Source: Escherichia coli (GTDB lineage: Bacteria; Pseudomonadota; Gammaproteobacteria; Enterobacterales; Enterobacteriaceae). Taken from it: a stretch of 64,000 nucleotides of DNA. Made by a program: the position numbers and the translations under genes. The notes below the pieces were generated by a model, which was given only the letters and a program-made list of their open reading frames with translations, searched no databases and was not told the DNA's origin. Positions 1-10,608 of this stretch are shown piece after piece; the first letter of the stretch is position 1, and each line of letters starts with the position of its first letter. The DNA lies in NCBI GenBank assembly GCA_902499925.1, contig GCA_902499925.1_4130.1; one strand, 5' to 3'.

Positions 1-389
1 GTTATAACACTACTACATGAACTTAATGTATTGTTTTGGAATTCATTTTCTTCAATGTTATCAGTACTGGTATTGATGAATTGGATAGTATCTTGTTTCT
101 GATTAGACATTGAAACTAAAGTACAATCAGTATAAGGAGTGTACAAAAACGTCTCATTACTAATTGAACTATCATTAGTATATGATGGTTTGGTAATATA
201 AATCAAACGCATGATATCACGCTCAATACCCGATTTACGACTTTCCACTAAAGAAATCATATCTATATTTTTCATATGATCAACATTGACATGGAACTTT
301 TTGTTGAGAATTACATCTTTTGGAGAATTTTTATATGAAGATAAGATCTCATACATCTCAACTAATTCTCGTGCATTTAATAAACTCAT
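1..389 (-). CDS. Hypothetical protein, 3' end truncated by window edge (family A-like)
   Basis: ATG at ~387-389 overlaps stop of next gene (ATGA); open to window start; contains 'ENEFQNNTL'. Confidence 0.45.
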   Translation of the reverse strand, partial: MSLLNARELVEMYEILSSYKNSPKDVILNKKFHVNVDHMKNIDMISLVESRKSGIERDIMRLIYITKPSYTNDSSISNETFLYTPYTDCTLVSMSNQKQDTIQFINTSTDNIEENEFQNNTLSSCSSVI

Positions 390-814
390 GTTTTGTCTCT
401 TAATGAAAGAATATCCTTAGTATAAACTGAAACTGAAATATGATTATATTTCATCATTAATTTATACACATAAGAAGCTAGTACTAAATCGTAAATTAAT
501 TTAGTATCATACAGTACTCCGTATTGTAAAGCAAGTGAATCAATATCATCTTTACTTTCAATATCCAGAAATGTGCCGAAATATGTAGTACCGTAGAGAT
601 GAAAAGTGGAATTAATGCAATCAATGCATTCATTGTCCAATAGAGTAGATGCTGATGCCCTCGGTGAATCCCAAATAGTCACTGCGTGTATGCCCTCAAC
701 GAACAAATCTATCCATATTTTGTGTCGTTGTCTTTTTTGTTTTTTATATTTTTCTGGATTTGAAAGTGTAGTGTCAATTATATCCCATATGTATAAGCAT
801 TCATCTCTTGTCAT
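386..814 (-). CDS. Hypothetical protein (possible divergent family A member)
   Basis: Complete 142-aa ORF abutting neighbours on minus strand. Confidence 0.6.
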   Translation of the reverse strand: MTRDECLYIWDIIDTTLSNPEKYKKQKRQRHKIWIDLFVEGIHAVTIWDSPRASASTLLDNECIDCINSTFHLYGTTYFGTFLDIESKDDIDSLALQYGVLYDTKLIYDLVLASYVYKLMMKYNHISVSVYTKDILSLRDKT

Positions 815-1392
815 TATAGCACCTTATCCATTGCTGCATTTAATGCTTTTAAACGATCAACATTCAAAGTATTGAAGATGTACGTTCCTAAAATGTGGAA
901 ATCGAACTGGTTCTTTTTGTATGTGTGATAAATTAAACTACAAAAAACAACAGTACTAAGAACCTCTTCCGGTATAACGGTGCTCATCTGAAACAGTTCT
1001 TCATCAACTGTACTTGATTCTGGATTGATAGCTTTTAACTTATACTCTTCATCACCGAATAGTACTTTAATATTATATAAAACACCAACAGTACTAATAT
1101 GAAATGGATGGTGTGAAAAACTTCCATCATCATTAATTTGGATATCGGATCTAATCTCGCACTCTTCATTACTTTTACTATTATTTTTTACAATACAAAT
1201 ATTCCTGGCACCAGAAATAGTAAGAATACCGTGATCGTAATATTCTTTGGACATACATTTAGATGAAAATGACACATCACGGATGAGGTAATGTTTGTTA
1301 ATTTCTTTGGTACTACCAACAATGGATAACATTTTTGTACTGATATCATATAGCTGTTGGTGTCGGGCTGTCATATAACTATAAGCGTTCAT
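814..1392 (-). CDS. Family A paralog (EExxFQxS-motif protein), function unknown
   Basis: Motif 'DEELFQMSTV'; complete ORF overlapping neighbours. Confidence 0.75.
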   Translation of the reverse strand: MNAYSYMTARHQQLYDISTKMLSIVGSTKEINKHYLIRDVSFSSKCMSKEYYDHGILTISGARNICIVKNNSKSNEECEIRSDIQINDDGSFSHHPFHISTVGVLYNIKVLFGDEEYKLKAINPESSTVDEELFQMSTVIPEEVLSTVVFCSLIYHTYKKNQFDFHILGTYIFNTLNVDRLKALNAAMDKVL

Positions 1393-1963
1393 ATGTATCC
1401 TTGATGTTTTTGATTGCCGTGTGTAGCTCTTTTAATGTATCGGATTCACAGTTAATGAACTTACTATACATTACCAATTCACCAGTGTCAATAGCTTTTG
1501 CAGTTTCATAGCAAAGCATCATGTACTCAAACTCCTTGAAGTTGTCAAGTACTGATCTCTGGAAAATGTATGCTTCACGAATGTCTTCACTTTGATCTAG
1601 TTCTGGTGGAATTTCCAAATATGTATCATTCTCTACGTCATCAAAATTGGATTCGACAATTCGATTAATATCTTCGTGTAAAGCATTGACAAATATCATG
1701 TTTGGAGTAATGGAACCGATTTGCTCACTATGCCTTGATGTGCGGATATACATTGCCATAGTATCCCATGAACCTTTTTTCGTCGTTCCATAATCGTAAA
1801 CTTTATAAGACTCCAGTACTACTGAACCAAAACGATATGGTGATTTGCATTCAACTTTAAGACGATAATTTCCAATAGGCTCATGTTCAGTAATGTTGTG
1901 CTTTTCAGATAGTTCTGCAATGTCATGCATCAATTTCATAATTTGAATGTGTTCAGCTTGCAT
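1379..1963 (-). CDS. Family A paralog, function unknown
   Basis: Motif 'EAYIFQRSVLD'; complete ORF. Confidence 0.75.
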   Translation of the reverse strand: MQAEHIQIMKLMHDIAELSEKHNITEHEPIGNYRLKVECKSPYRFGSVVLESYKVYDYGTTKKGSWDTMAMYIRTSRHSEQIGSITPNMIFVNALHEDINRIVESNFDDVENDTYLEIPPELDQSEDIREAYIFQRSVLDNFKEFEYMMLCYETAKAIDTGELVMYSKFINCESDTLKELHTAIKNIKDTYERL

Positions 1964-2526
1964 TATAAGTCCTCTAATTTAACAGGTACATGTTCATTGA
2001 TGAACGTCTTAAGAGCCAGTACTAGATCTTCTAATTCTTCTGTACTGAATTTTAATATAGTTTTAAAGATTATCAATTCATTTCTTTCTATAATCTTTGG
2101 AATTTCATATGCTAACATAAGATTGCGAACAGTACCAGCGTTGTGTATGAGGTTCGCATTGAATAAAAGTACATCGTACTCGTCTTTTTTAATTTTATAA
2201 TTGTACTCTTCAATTACTTCATGTGTGTATGTATTCTTATAAGCAATTTTATTTTTATGAAATTTATAACCAACAGTAACACTATCATCATAAAATGTAG
2301 AACGATAATCTTGTTTTCTATCGCCGGACGAAATGATGTGTAATGCTGTGTATTTGTCCTCAACATCTAACTCAATGTTTGCATAACTGTTAACAGTTTC
2401 ATTCTTTAGGACGTTAATGTTATATTTCTCATTAACTTTAATGTACTGGCGTGAACCATTATCATCAATGAACTTAAAACAATGCTTTACCAACAATGTG
2501 ATTTCTTTAATTAATTCAGTACTCAT
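1963..2526 (-). CDS. Family A-like paralog (degenerate motif)
   Basis: Complete ORF in array; weak motif 'EYDVLLFNANLIHN'. Confidence 0.65.
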   Translation of the reverse strand: MSTELIKEITLLVKHCFKFIDDNGSRQYIKVNEKYNINVLKNETVNSYANIELDVEDKYTALHIISSGDRKQDYRSTFYDDSVTVGYKFHKNKIAYKNTYTHEVIEEYNYKIKKDEYDVLLFNANLIHNAGTVRNLMLAYEIPKIIERNELIIFKTILKFSTEELEDLVLALKTFINEHVPVKLEDL

Positions 2527-2613
2527 ATCTTCTCCTGTACTCTGTTAAAAGCGATTATAACACACCTGAATGCTCATGTAAAGCACTAAACACAAAAAGA
2601 CCCATAAGGGTCT

Positions 2614-3198
2614 TTATTTTGGTAAAACGCTGTCAATGTACGCTAGAGCCTCATCTCGGAGGTACGTTCCATCTATCGTTATGTAATAGTTCTTAGGGAT
2701 ATCACTACCAATCTTCTCGTAAATTTTCATACATGATATCACATCTTCATCACAAATGGTACTCAATTGAAACTGTACTTCATCAGTTAAAGGTACGATA
2801 TCATGTTTAGATGGGGGGTTGGTATTTTCATTCAAAACAATATCAAACAAATTAGGAGTATTCTTTGACGAAATGTAACGATGTTTACTACGAATTACCA
2901 TTCTCGACAGAGAAATACTGGAACTCCATCTTGGGTCCACATCTTCGTATGTTAACGCAATTAACATTTCATAATAATCTTGGAATTTCATTGATGCATA
3001 ATATGTTTTGTCCTCACCGTACATTCCAAATGATTTGAATTCAATGTCACCTACATTGTGTGTATCACTATCACTATTCACGAATTTTAACAGACTGTTG
3101 ATTAGTCTGATTAGAATATCATCTTTATTCATTATCAGATAGCTCCCTGTGCATGTTGTATAAATCTCTAAAGTCCTGATAGAAATCTTTTTCTTCAA
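2614..3198 (-). CDS. Family A paralog, function unknown
   Basis: Motif 'DEVQFQLSTI'. Confidence 0.75.
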   Translation of the reverse strand: MKKKISIRTLEIYTTCTGSYLIMNKDDILIRLINSLLKFVNSDSDTHNVGDIEFKSFGMYGEDKTYYASMKFQDYYEMLIALTYEDVDPRWSSSISLSRMVIRSKHRYISSKNTPNLFDIVLNENTNPPSKHDIVPLTDEVQFQLSTICDEDVISCMKIYEKIGSDIPKNYYITIDGTYLRDEALAYIDSVLPK

Positions 3199-3682
3199 GA
3201 ATATCTTTTAAACTAGGAATCTCATCCATAATCTCATCGATATCAGTTTCAATAGTAAAACCTGATTTATAATTTTGTAAGAGATAACTAAAAGCAACAA
3301 TGTAAAGAATTTCATTTGGTTTATGGATTAACATGTGTTGGAACATAACTGATTCTAAATCAGATTCAGTACAAAGGTCAGCATAACATGTATCGTTTGT
3401 GTCAATTCGTACTTTACTTGAATTTGGATTCCATGTAAAGCAATGTGTTCCAACTGTTCCCAAACATCCTACTCTTGTACTATCATTTGTTCCCAAAAAG
3501 ATATCAAAATACGTTTCATCTGTATAATCGTATTTTTGTACTTTACCTTTTTTAAGGCACAAATCATTATCCTTTCGAAAAGTTTTAGATGATAATGTAT
3601 CAATGATGCACATTAATGTTTTTGCAAATGCAATACAATGACGTAATTCAAGTCTATGGAAATTATAATTAGTAAAATTCAT
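3125..3682 (-). CDS. Family A paralog, function unknown
   Basis: Motif 'ESVMFQHMLI'. Confidence 0.7.
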   Translation of the reverse strand: MNFTNYNFHRLELRHCIAFAKTLMCIIDTLSSKTFRKDNDLCLKKGKVQKYDYTDETYFDIFLGTNDSTRVGCLGTVGTHCFTWNPNSSKVRIDTNDTCYADLCTESDLESVMFQHMLIHKPNEILYIVAFSYLLQNYKSGFTIETDIDEIMDEIPSLKDILEEKDFYQDFRDLYNMHRELSDNE

Positions 3683-4224
3683 AATTGTACCTTCAATATT
3701 TTATCAGCAATTGATATAACCTTCTCACTGAATACATTACCAATCTCAATCCTTATATACATAGCAGGTGGAATCTTTCCTTGAAGTGCATAATATGTTT
3801 GTATACCTAAGTACTCATTATTTGATAATGAAAATTTGATTCTCTCCATATCTATGTCTGATTTTGGTAAATCTAGTAGTTCATGGTGGTAGTCAACATT
3901 TTCAGTGTATATTTGATTTAAGTAATTTGAATGATCACTACTAATGTAGATGCTATCATCACGAATAATTACTTTATAATCAGAAGGTTCAAACTTATCT
4001 TTAGGCGAAAAGAAGACATCATCTATCTTCTCTTCTCGTATACCGAATAACAATTTGCCATCGTACTTTACATCAAGCATACCACCTAGAATAGTAATTA
4101 CACAATGTTCATCAATGTCATGACGTAAAGAACGAGTCTTGTATTTTGGGTTAATGAAAATTTTCATTAATTTTATACAAATGTCGGCAATGCATTTTAC
4201 ATTATCATTTTCTATGTACATCAA
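3679..4224 (-). CDS. Family A-like paralog (degenerate motif)
   Basis: Complete ORF in array, ATGA-type overlap with neighbour. Confidence 0.6.
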   Translation of the reverse strand: MMYIENDNVKCIADICIKLMKIFINPKYKTRSLRHDIDEHCVITILGGMLDVKYDGKLLFGIREEKIDDVFFSPKDKFEPSDYKVIIRDDSIYISSDHSNYLNQIYTENVDYHHELLDLPKSDIDMERIKFSLSNNEYLGIQTYYALQGKIPPAMYIRIEIGNVFSEKVISIADKILKVQL

Positions 4225-4699
4225 AAACCCTCTTTAATTCTTTTACATTTTTAATGAATACTTTCATTGCAGAGATCTCAAAAGATAATGATTTAAAATT
4301 GCAGTACTTTTTAAAGTACGACATAATGAATAGCATCTTGAGTTCTTTTTCTGTGTAAATTAAACTATTTTGAAAGTAACTTTCTTCTGATAAATCATCA
4401 AGAAACGGATATAAAACTCCATTTGTTCTCAAGAACATGATACCTTCACTCCATGATCTAAATGAAAGGTAATCAGTCTTACCACATTCATATAAGGAGT
4501 TTATCATTCCATCAATCATTAAGGAGAACTCAATACTGTATCCTAATCTTTGACACTTGTATCTCTTATCTTCTTTCTTTGTAATTACGAAGTGATGACC
4601 CAGTGAGTCTTTGTTATCGAAAATGAAATCAACTGTCTCTAAACACTCCTTAGCGAACTTCATAGTTTCTCTGTACTTTCGGTTCATTAGTCTCTCCAA
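4205..4699 (-). CDS. Family A paralog, function unknown
   Basis: Motif 'EESYFQNSLIY'. Confidence 0.75.
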   Translation of the reverse strand: MERLMNRKYRETMKFAKECLETVDFIFDNKDSLGHHFVITKKEDKRYKCQRLGYSIEFSLMIDGMINSLYECGKTDYLSFRSWSEGIMFLRTNGVLYPFLDDLSEESYFQNSLIYTEKELKMLFIMSYFKKYCNFKSLSFEISAMKVFIKNVKELKRVFDVHRK

Positions 4700-5100
4700 A
4701 CTTTACCAGGGAAGTGTTTCTCGTAGAACTCATCATCACTTAACATATAATCAGGTGTTTCTACTTCTATGGGTTTGTAGAATGTTTCTGGAATGTGTGT
4801 GATTTTATTTGGTTGTACTTTATGTTCGCGTAAAACCTTCTGTATAGCTCCTAGACGTTGTAAATCAATACAGGTGGGCAGAACTAAGCTGTACTGAAAT
4901 AGCTCATCAGGGGTCATTATAGATACATCCTTGGCTTGTTTGATTTTATTGTTGGCATCAATGAATATATCAAATCCAAGTACTGCATTATAGCTTACAT
5001 ATGTTGTTTTGTTTTTGTCAATAGCTGCACTTAAACTATATCCATATATTCCATGTTGGTCAACAATGCATCGTTGCATAATTTTAATCATTTCGAACAT
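4687..5100 (-). CDS. Family A paralog, function unknown
   Basis: Motif 'PDELFQYSLV'. Confidence 0.75.
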   Translation of the reverse strand: MFEMIKIMQRCIVDQHGIYGYSLSAAIDKNKTTYVSYNAVLGFDIFIDANNKIKQAKDVSIMTPDELFQYSLVLPTCIDLQRLGAIQKVLREHKVQPNKITHIPETFYKPIEVETPDYMLSDDEFYEKHFPGKVWRD

Positions 5101-5446
5101 AATTTACCTCGTATGTGTTATAATTCCACGTTTTAACACTATCCATTTGTATATCCTGAACTTCATGGAAATATTTAAGTACCTTCTGGTATTCCATTAG
5201 TTCGTATACATCTTCAGTATTGACAGTGCTCTCCTGAAACAATTCCTCTTCTGATAAAGTACTATAATCAGGGATTTTTATTTCAGAATATATCTCATTC
5301 ATATATGAATCATTTTGGTAAATCTGTAGATAAAACTGATTATATTCAGGGATATAGGTTACGAAATGGTTCTTGATGAATTCATATCTTGAAGCAAAGC
5401 AATCATTGCCATCCGTCATGTACTGAATTGTTGTTGTATTATGCAT
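5084..5446 (-). CDS. Family A paralog, function unknown
   Basis: Motif 'EEELFQESTV'. Confidence 0.75.
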   Translation of the reverse strand: MHNTTTIQYMTDGNDCFASRYEFIKNHFVTYIPEYNQFYLQIYQNDSYMNEIYSEIKIPDYSTLSEEELFQESTVNTEDVYELMEYQKVLKYFHEVQDIQMDSVKTWNYNTYEVNYVRND

Positions 5447-5921
5447 TCAAATAATCCACGCATTTATGGTATACATCTAAATCTAAAAAGAATCGTTGTT
5501 TGTATTTGTAATGATGAAGTAGTGCACCATAAAGTAATATAGCATTAAGTACTTTTGCATCATGAATACAAGACCCTTGGAAGTACATTTCTTCAGTCAT
5601 GAAAACTAACTCATTGTAAGGGATAAGCACTGAATCTCTAAATGTATCAATGTTAATCTTCAAATCGGACCCTTGGCAATATGAAATATATTCACCTCTG
5701 TAATGAAAGTCATTATCGTCAAAGTACTCAGCATATACTTGATTGTCCCTATTATTTTTAAAGGCAAGTCTTCCTTTGGTTGAACTGAATTGGTCATATT
5801 GGAACATTCCACCAAAAGGAATTCCACCGAAAGGTTGGGGACTTCTGAACTCCTTTGCAATGCGATGAATGTTAGATGCAAATTCTAAAACACCATCGTA
5901 ATCATATTCTGTTGTAATCAT
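5439..5921 (-). CDS. Family A paralog, function unknown
   Basis: Motif 'EEMYFQGSCI'. Confidence 0.75.
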   Translation of the reverse strand: MITTEYDYDGVLEFASNIHRIAKEFRSPQPFGGIPFGGMFQYDQFSSTKGRLAFKNNRDNQVYAEYFDDNDFHYRGEYISYCQGSDLKINIDTFRDSVLIPYNELVFMTEEMYFQGSCIHDAKVLNAILLYGALLHHYKYKQRFFLDLDVYHKCVDYLNA

Positions 5922-6397
5922 AGACCATTTTTCTCCATGTACTCAATGATTTCATCTACGAAGTTTAAATCCATATAGAATCTATCATTTGCGTCATTGA
6001 GTTCATCTTTAAGTACTGTAAAAATTGTAGAACTAAACACGATTCTCTCATTGTACAAAGTACTGTACTGGAAGAATTCTTCTTCTGATCTAACATTAAA
6101 TGTGTCATATTCATCATCAACATCAGATCTAGGATGATAGTACTTAAAACTATCAGATGTATGGAAACAATATGAGATAAAATCCCCTGATGGTGCATCG
6201 TCAAGTACACGAATACCACAGAAATTCTCATCTGTAGTATGCAACAAATTGCTATTCATTGACAAATAATTTTTGTACGCATAAAGTGTGCATCGTGGGA
6301 GAATTATATTCTCTTTAACTGTTACAAGGAACTTATGAAGTTTAATGATATTTTGTGCGATTTTTTGTGCATTGCTAAATGATAGGTCTTTGGACAT
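5918..6397 (-). CDS. Family A paralog, function unknown
   Basis: Motif 'EEEFFQYSTLY'. Confidence 0.75.
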   Translation of the reverse strand: MSKDLSFSNAQKIAQNIIKLHKFLVTVKENIILPRCTLYAYKNYLSMNSNLLHTTDENFCGIRVLDDAPSGDFISYCFHTSDSFKYYHPRSDVDDEYDTFNVRSEEEFFQYSTLYNERIVFSSTIFTVLKDELNDANDRFYMDLNFVDEIIEYMEKNGL

Positions 6398-6456
6398 TGT
6401 GATATAACCCTTTACAATTAATATAAAGAGATTATATCACAAAGATTTGGAGGGTG

Positions 6457-7047
6457 TCAAGAGTTCTCACGAAGTTCTACCATTTCTTTCCATACTAAAT
6501 GGTAATCTTCTAAGTCCAGATAGAAGTCTTCATTTAAGTGCTCATATAAGTACTTGTACATGAATAGTACACCTAAATTGTATTCAGTAGTAAGCAATGA
6601 TTGTTGGAAGTAGTTTTCTTCATTTAGTTCTATATCCATGAACTCAAATCTACCTAGACCTTTTAATGTACGTATCTCAACATGTGAAGTATCTGTTTTA
6701 CTGAAGCACATGAATCCACCTCTAAATTCGGGATCATATTCACATTCATACTGTCCACTGTTATTATAGAAATCTCTATTACCATCCTTATCTTTTGGCT
6801 TAACAACTGATACGTGAAGGTCGTCATCTTTGTACATTGTACGTTCTGGCGTTTTCACACATTTTAACTTATTTTCTTTAATGTACTTGATAATATCAAT
6901 TATATCTTGTGCAGTACTGATTGCTGCCTCGAACGTATCCAACTTAAGATGATTGTATAGAGTTCCCTCGTTCTTTATTTTATCTAACATACTAACCTCA
7001 TAGTTCATACATCTTTGATTTGAATTGCATTGGTCCACCAACTTCAC
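6457..7047 (-). CDS. Family A paralog, function unknown
   Basis: Motif 'EENYFQQSLL'. Confidence 0.75.
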   Translation of the reverse strand: MKLVDQCNSNQRCMNYEVSMLDKIKNEGTLYNHLKLDTFEAAISTAQDIIDIIKYIKENKLKCVKTPERTMYKDDDLHVSVVKPKDKDGNRDFYNNSGQYECEYDPEFRGGFMCFSKTDTSHVEIRTLKGLGRFEFMDIELNEENYFQQSLLTTEYNLGVLFMYKYLYEHLNEDFYLDLEDYHLVWKEMVELRENS

Positions 7048-7336
7048 ATGGATAATTTTCCATAATACGATTCAAAAGTATCTGGTACTGTTGTAGTACT
7101 TCAATTTCCAAATGTATACTACTATCCAGTACTAATGACTCCTGAAACAATTCACCTCTATCTAAACCTGAAAAATCATTTATAGTTAGCATTGGCTTAT
7201 CATTTGTACGCAATGTAAATGATTCCTCATTTCGGATTAATGTACAGAATTCATTATGTTTTCTGTTGTAATCCATTTTAACCAATAATAACTTGGTGTG
7301 AGTTGCGTACATTATTTTTACTAATTCAGTCTTCAT
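6998..7336 (-). CDS. Family A paralog, function unknown
   Basis: Motif 'RGELFQESLVLD'. Confidence 0.75.
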   Translation of the reverse strand: MKTELVKIMYATHTKLLLVKMDYNRKHNEFCTLIRNEESFTLRTNDKPMLTINDFSGLDRGELFQESLVLDSSIHLEIEVLQQYQILLNRIMENYPCEVGGPMQFKSKMYEL

Positions 7337-7685
7337 AACGGAATAAAATTCTCCTGTACTGCTCCGGCTTAGTACTCAATCTCTTCACTGGATAATTGTC
7401 GAAGATCCTTTTCATTTCTTTCTGGATTAAACAAAGAAAATCAAAATCACAATAGTATTTTTTATCCCATACTAAACTTTCTTGAAACAACTCATCTTCT
7501 TGCATTAGCGTAGTATCAATTGTATCTTCACGTGTATTTGAGTACGCTTCATGACATTGAAAACCATCCTCGGATAATCCTAATGTATATGCCGCCATTT
7601 CAAACATATCATCATTTGTCTTTAACGAAAGTAAACAACAAACGTATTTTTTCGTTGTGTAGTAAGTAATGCTAATGGTATTCAT
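7326..7685 (-). CDS. Family A paralog, function unknown
   Basis: Motif 'EDELFQESLVWD'. Confidence 0.75.
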   Translation of the reverse strand: MNTISITYYTTKKYVCCLLSLKTNDDMFEMAAYTLGLSEDGFQCHEAYSNTREDTIDTTLMQEDELFQESLVWDKKYYCDFDFLCLIQKEMKRIFDNYPVKRLSTKPEQYRRILFRYED

Positions 7686-7690
7686 TGGAT

Positions 7691-8293
7691 TTAAACCTCA
7701 GTATAAAGCTTACAATAGCTTTCATCGAAATCAAAAATACTTCTCAAGAACTGACAAAGGTCAGTAAAAATATTTACATTTGCTATATACACATTATCAA
7801 ATTCTGTTCTTTCGAAGAATGTATGCATAGAATTTGTAATATATCTCATTGCAGATTCACGCTGCATTGTTATATCATTTGTGAACATCGCATCTTCATC
7901 AGTACTGACTAATTCAATATCAAATGATTGCATATATGGGATACTCTTCCCTAGTGCAAAGCTATCACCGTATGATGCTTCAACTGCATCTTTAGAATAC
8001 ACCAATTGATATAAGTCCGAAATAGGGTTATAAAAAGTACGACATATTGATGAACATAATTTATTATCTATCCAAAAGAAAACCCTATTTGTATTACCGT
8101 CAAATGCTATACGCAATCCATCACCATCTAACGATATATCACCATCGAGATTAAAAGAGAACTGAACTAATGCTTTTTCTAAGTCCATTCTTTTGTGATA
8201 AATGATTTCTTGCATATAGATAATATCATTTACTAATTTCTTAAAATACAAATGAACCTCAGTACTACAACATTTATTTGCATTTAATAACAT
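7691..8293 (-). CDS. Family A-like paralog (degenerate motif)
   Basis: Complete 200-aa ORF in array; weak motif 'EDAMFTNDIT'. Confidence 0.6.
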   Translation of the reverse strand: MLLNANKCCSTEVHLYFKKLVNDIIYMQEIIYHKRMDLEKALVQFSFNLDGDISLDGDGLRIAFDGNTNRVFFWIDNKLCSSICRTFYNPISDLYQLVYSKDAVEASYGDSFALGKSIPYMQSFDIELVSTDEDAMFTNDITMQRESAMRYITNSMHTFFERTEFDNVYIANVNIFTDLCQFLRSIFDFDESYCKLYTEV

Positions 8294-8880
8294 AGTAGAT
8301 CCTTATACATTGCATGTATTCTTACAATGTCTCTGTAATAACTCATATCTTCACGATTATCATTAAAAACAGTAACACTGAATACAGCAGTACTAATTGA
8401 ACTATCAACAATGTACTCTTTTAATTTATTATAAAGATATATGCACTTAGTAGATGTATCATCCCACATAAGACTATTTTGAAAGATGTTTTCTTCTGTG
8501 TTAGGATATAAGTACTGATCAATCTTGTACCCCAATGAACTATCACAGTTTTTATATACAGAAATAGATGGGACATTCATATTGCACATAATACTAATAA
8601 CATTATCATTGTATGTAGAAATTAAACTGGTACTGGATGCTACACTTTCATCATAATTCAGTACTGAAATTCTTGCATTATCTGTGCAGTACAGATGTTT
8701 CATTCCACCTCTCATAGCCATAGTAAGAAATTTATCAGTGAACCATATTCCTTTTGTTTTCAGTATAGTTTCATGCATAAGATAAGTTTCAATGAAGATT
8801 TTTACACGCTCAAATGCCAAGTCAAGTTCATTGTACATAACGGATATCCTTCTGTAAAGAATCAATATATTCTTTAACAA
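8284..8880 (-). CDS. Family A paralog, function unknown
   Basis: Motif 'EENIFQNSLMWD'. Confidence 0.75.
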   Translation of the reverse strand: MLKNILILYRRISVMYNELDLAFERVKIFIETYLMHETILKTKGIWFTDKFLTMAMRGGMKHLYCTDNARISVLNYDESVASSTSLISTYNDNVISIMCNMNVPSISVYKNCDSSLGYKIDQYLYPNTEENIFQNSLMWDDTSTKCIYLYNKLKEYIVDSSISTAVFSVTVFNDNREDMSYYRDIVRIHAMYKDLLCY

Positions 8881-9019
8881 CTTGTTCCTGATACTGTGTA
8901 CCCAAATACATCAGTACTTTTAATTCTTTGAATTCAGTACCATATGAGTCGATTTGCATCATTCTTTTAGAGTATATACCGAATAGTTTATCAATATCAT
9001 CTTGGTTTATTATTTTCAT
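8828..9019 (-). CDS. Family B paralog embedded in family A array
   Basis: 63-aa ORF with 'LGTQYQEQ' motif. Confidence 0.55.
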   Translation of the reverse strand: MKIINQDDIDKLFGIYSKRMMQIDSYGTEFKELKVLMYLGTQYQEQVVKEYIDSLQKDIRYVQ

Positions 9020-9224
9020 AAACCCTCTTCTGGATTAGTTCCTGTAAGTGCTGAATATAACCCTTCATTGCAACATCCTGTTTGTTAGAGCCAACGAAGA
9101 ACAATAGCTTAAAGTCATGGTAATCCATTTTTGGTTTAGTAGTGAACCATATGTCCCACACTGCACTCACAGTTCTCATGTATTCAATTCGATTAAATGT
9201 TTTTGAATACTTCATCGAAATCAA
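8997..9224 (-). CDS. Family B-like small protein
   Basis: 75-aa ORF with 'VGSNKQD...YIQHLQELI' resembling family B C-terminus. Confidence 0.5.
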   Translation of the reverse strand: MISMKYSKTFNRIEYMRTVSAVWDIWFTTKPKMDYHDFKLLFFVGSNKQDVAMKGYIQHLQELIQKRVYENNKPR

Positions 9225-9726
9225 CCTTTAATAAATTGATATTTAAATTACTGTTAAATGCCATCTGTAATTCCATATAGAACTGAATAATAGCATAGTC
9301 AGGATCAGTACAAGATAGTTGAAAGCACTGTTCTTCAAATGAATTGTAATTGTACTTAGGAATATTAATAGTACGATATAACTCTGGATAACCCCATATC
9401 ATAGTGTACACGTCAATTTCAGTACACTTTTTCTTAAAAGTCATCTGTCGAATAGTTTCAGATCTGGATTCAAGGTATACAACATTCTTATGAACGGCTG
9501 AACCAATTGAAAGCAATGATGTATCAATGACGTGTTTCTCACGTATATCACACTTCTGGAATGCACCATTCCCTTGTAACAGTTTATGGAAATCGTACTT
9601 CTCACTAATAACTGTACTAGGATCAATTAATCCAGTACTGCATTTTTTCAGTACTGGTACGATAGTGCGAATCTTTTTTGATAAATCTTGTAATGCATCA
9701 TAATCATTAATGTTAATTTTTCTCAA
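9193..9726 (-). CDS. Family A paralog, function unknown
   Basis: Motif 'EEQCFQLSCT'. Confidence 0.7.
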   Translation of the reverse strand: MRKININDYDALQDLSKKIRTIVPVLKKCSTGLIDPSTVISEKYDFHKLLQGNGAFQKCDIREKHVIDTSLLSIGSAVHKNVVYLESRSETIRQMTFKKKCTEIDVYTMIWGYPELYRTINIPKYNYNSFEEQCFQLSCTDPDYAIIQFYMELQMAFNSNLNINLLKVDFDEVFKNI

Positions 9727-10169
9727 ACGGATGCCTCTTCTATAGTAACGAAATCAACTAACCTATCAAGTTTTTCAGTGTCTAGATAAAATATATCCAG
9801 TACTGACTTCTGATATAGTACACTAAATGTACATAGATTGTCAAGTGTTCCTTCATTATAAACAGTACTTCCCTGGAAGTACCCTTCTTCTGTACTCAGA
9901 GATAAAATATCAGAAATTTTAAAAGATTCTTCATTCTCATGACGCTCTATCGTAACTTCATCATATTTTCTGTTCAATGAAATATAATCGTATGCTAATT
10001 CAATAGTACTACAGTTGTTGTTGCTAGTGTCAAATAAAGAATCAATTGTAATCTTCGTACCATTAGAAACTTCTCTGCGTTTATCATCTACGTATTCAGG
10101 ATTTTCTTTGAAGAACTTAACAACTTTTAGAATATCATTTGCTTTCTTGATTGCACTTTCGTAACTCAT
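9723..10169 (-). CDS. Family A paralog, function unknown
   Basis: Motif 'EEGYFQGSTVY'. Confidence 0.75.
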   Translation of the reverse strand: MSYESAIKKANDILKVVKFFKENPEYVDDKRREVSNGTKITIDSLFDTSNNNCSTIELAYDYISLNRKYDEVTIERHENEESFKISDILSLSTEEGYFQGSTVYNEGTLDNLCTFSVLYQKSVLDIFYLDTEKLDRLVDFVTIEEASV

Positions 10170-10608
10170 TTTTTCTGGACTCCATATATATCACCTGATT
10201 TAGTTCATATACATAATCTAAATCAATGAATATAGAATTATTAAAGTTCTCTTTCAGAAATGCATTAAAAACTACTAAAGCTCTTAATGCACTATTTGGG
10301 TATATAGTACTGTACTGGAAGTAAGCATCTTCTGAATTTAAGAATAGTACTTCTTCTTCGGTGAATTCAAAATATTTTCCACTTTCATCGATTGAATAGA
10401 AAGTTCCAGAATCCCATACGAAGTACTTGAATTCCAAATCATAATCATGGGACTCGTACTTATATTCATTACCTAATCCTAGAATATCTGTACCAACACT
10501 TATAGTACTAATATATGCCCCTTTATGGTCTAAGTACTTTACATTATTTTGAAAGAACTTTACTATATTAACTAATTCTTCAGCGTGCTTAAGATCACTT
10601 TCGTACAT
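10135..10608 (-). CDS. Family A paralog, function unknown
   Basis: Motif 'EDAYFQYSTIY'. Confidence 0.75.
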   Translation of the reverse strand: MYESDLKHAEELVNIVKFFQNNVKYLDHKGAYISTISVGTDILGLGNEYKYESHDYDLEFKYFVWDSGTFYSIDESGKYFEFTEEEVLFLNSEDAYFQYSTIYPNSALRALVVFNAFLKENFNNSIFIDLDYVYELNQVIYMESRKNELRKCNQESK